Assembly (NCBI GenBank): GCA_040389905.1
Contig: JAZJZK010000002.1
Coordinates: 87,411 to 146,808 of the forward strand
Reading direction: 5' to 3'
Source: Gemmatimonadota bacterium
Lineage (GTDB): Bacteria; Gemmatimonadota; Gemmatimonadetes; Gemmatimonadales; Gemmatimonadaceae
Length of the DNA stretch: 59,398 nucleotides
Part shown: one piece after another, positions 58,636 to 59,398 of the stretch
Position numbering within the stretch: the first letter of the stretch is position 1
Layout: each line of letters begins with the position of its first letter
Position numbers and translations under genes: made by a program
The notes under the pieces: generated by a model
What the model saw: only the letters and a program-made list of their open reading frames with translations
What the model was told of the DNA's origin: nothing
The model's database searches: none

Positions 58636-58807
58636 CGGACGCCTCTCGAGAGAAGATGTGAGCCACTAGCGCGTCGCGCGAGATTGTGTGGGCGCGGCGA
58701 CTGACGCTCTCTACGAGGGCAGTCCGATGCGAGTTTCACGCGTGCGTGTCAACGTTGCGGCGCTTTTACGCATGCAACGCTTTGTCGCGCCGTGGTGTCG
58801 AGCGGGG

Positions 58808-59335
58808 TTATGCGGGAGCGCTGGTGCGATAGATCGTGACGACGCTCTCGTCGAAGACGCGACGTTGCGCGCCCTTCGGCAGCTCGTGCGTGCGCGCGTG
58901 CTCCACAGCGAGCACCGGCGAGAACGAAAGCTTGAACCACGTCTCGATCAGGCGGTCGAGCATGCGCGACTCATACGGTGGGTCAGCGAACGTGATGGCG
59001 TAGCTGCCCAGCGACAATGCGCCGGCGAAGGGAAGCGCGTCGCGCTTGAAGATGCGCGTGCGCTTGGTCATGCGGAGCAGTGCGATGTTTGCCTTCAATG
59101 CATGCAGGCTCGACGGACGAATCTCCAGGAAGTCCGCGCTGCGTGCCCCGCGCGAAATGGCCTCGAGCCCAAGCGCCCCGGTGCCGGCGAAGAGGTCGAG
59201 CACCCGTGCATCCTTCAGGTCATCGGCAAGCATGTCGAGCATGCCGCCCCGCACGTGTTCTGCCGTCGGGCGCACGCGAGCATCGTTCGGCGACATCAAG
59301 TCACGGCCAGCGAACTTTCCGGAGATTATTCTCAT
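58808..59335 (-). CDS. rsmD: 16S rRNA m2G966 methyltransferase
   Basis: MRIISGKFAGR, VRPT, LDLFAGTGALGLEAISRGA, DPPY motifs. Confidence 0.93.
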   Translation of the reverse strand: MRIISGKFAGRDLMSPNDARVRPTAEHVRGGMLDMLADDLKDARVLDLFAGTGALGLEAISRGARSADFLEIRPSSLHALKANIALLRMTKRTRIFKRDALPFAGALSLGSYAITFADPPYESRMLDRLIETWFKLSFSPVLAVEHARTHELPKGAQRRVFDESVVTIYRTSAPA

Positions 59336-59398
59336 GACTACAGTCTAGTCCTAAAATAAGCGAGTTGTGCGACCACGGCCTCTCGTCGGCCGCCGGAG

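Noticed and set aside
59348..59398. 3' end of an upstream gene at the window edge
   Set aside because: Too little sequence to assign a frame or product.

Overview
High-GC bacterial chromosome segment. The gene set and sequence style suggest Gemmatimonadota, which is inferred, not proven. About 45 CDS are supported. They are dominated by exported peptidases and hydrolases (beta-lactamase-like, tricorn S41, M20, M14, S9, M1, an M16 pair, GGT, two amidohydrolases). Also present: a TonB-dependent receptor, glpFK, two VapBC-type toxin-antitoxin loci with visible operators, a small FAD-monooxygenase/AhpD/DinB/GT1/SnoaL cassette, a three-gene operon of secreted beta-propeller proteins, and a Wzm/Wzt exporter divergent from a PPTase-carbamoyltransferase-SxtJ/SxtK-like operon. 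No rRNA, tRNA, CRISPR array, transposase or integrase was seen. The most unusual signals are three. (1) At least six families of short palindromic repeats or long hairpins fill many intergenic gaps. (2) One family is inserted in frame into the N-terminal export signals of three translationally coupled genes, in one case with a second element nested inside. (3) Exported proteins tend to begin with Gln after the signal peptide and end in Pro, and several carry GRGG-rich loops.
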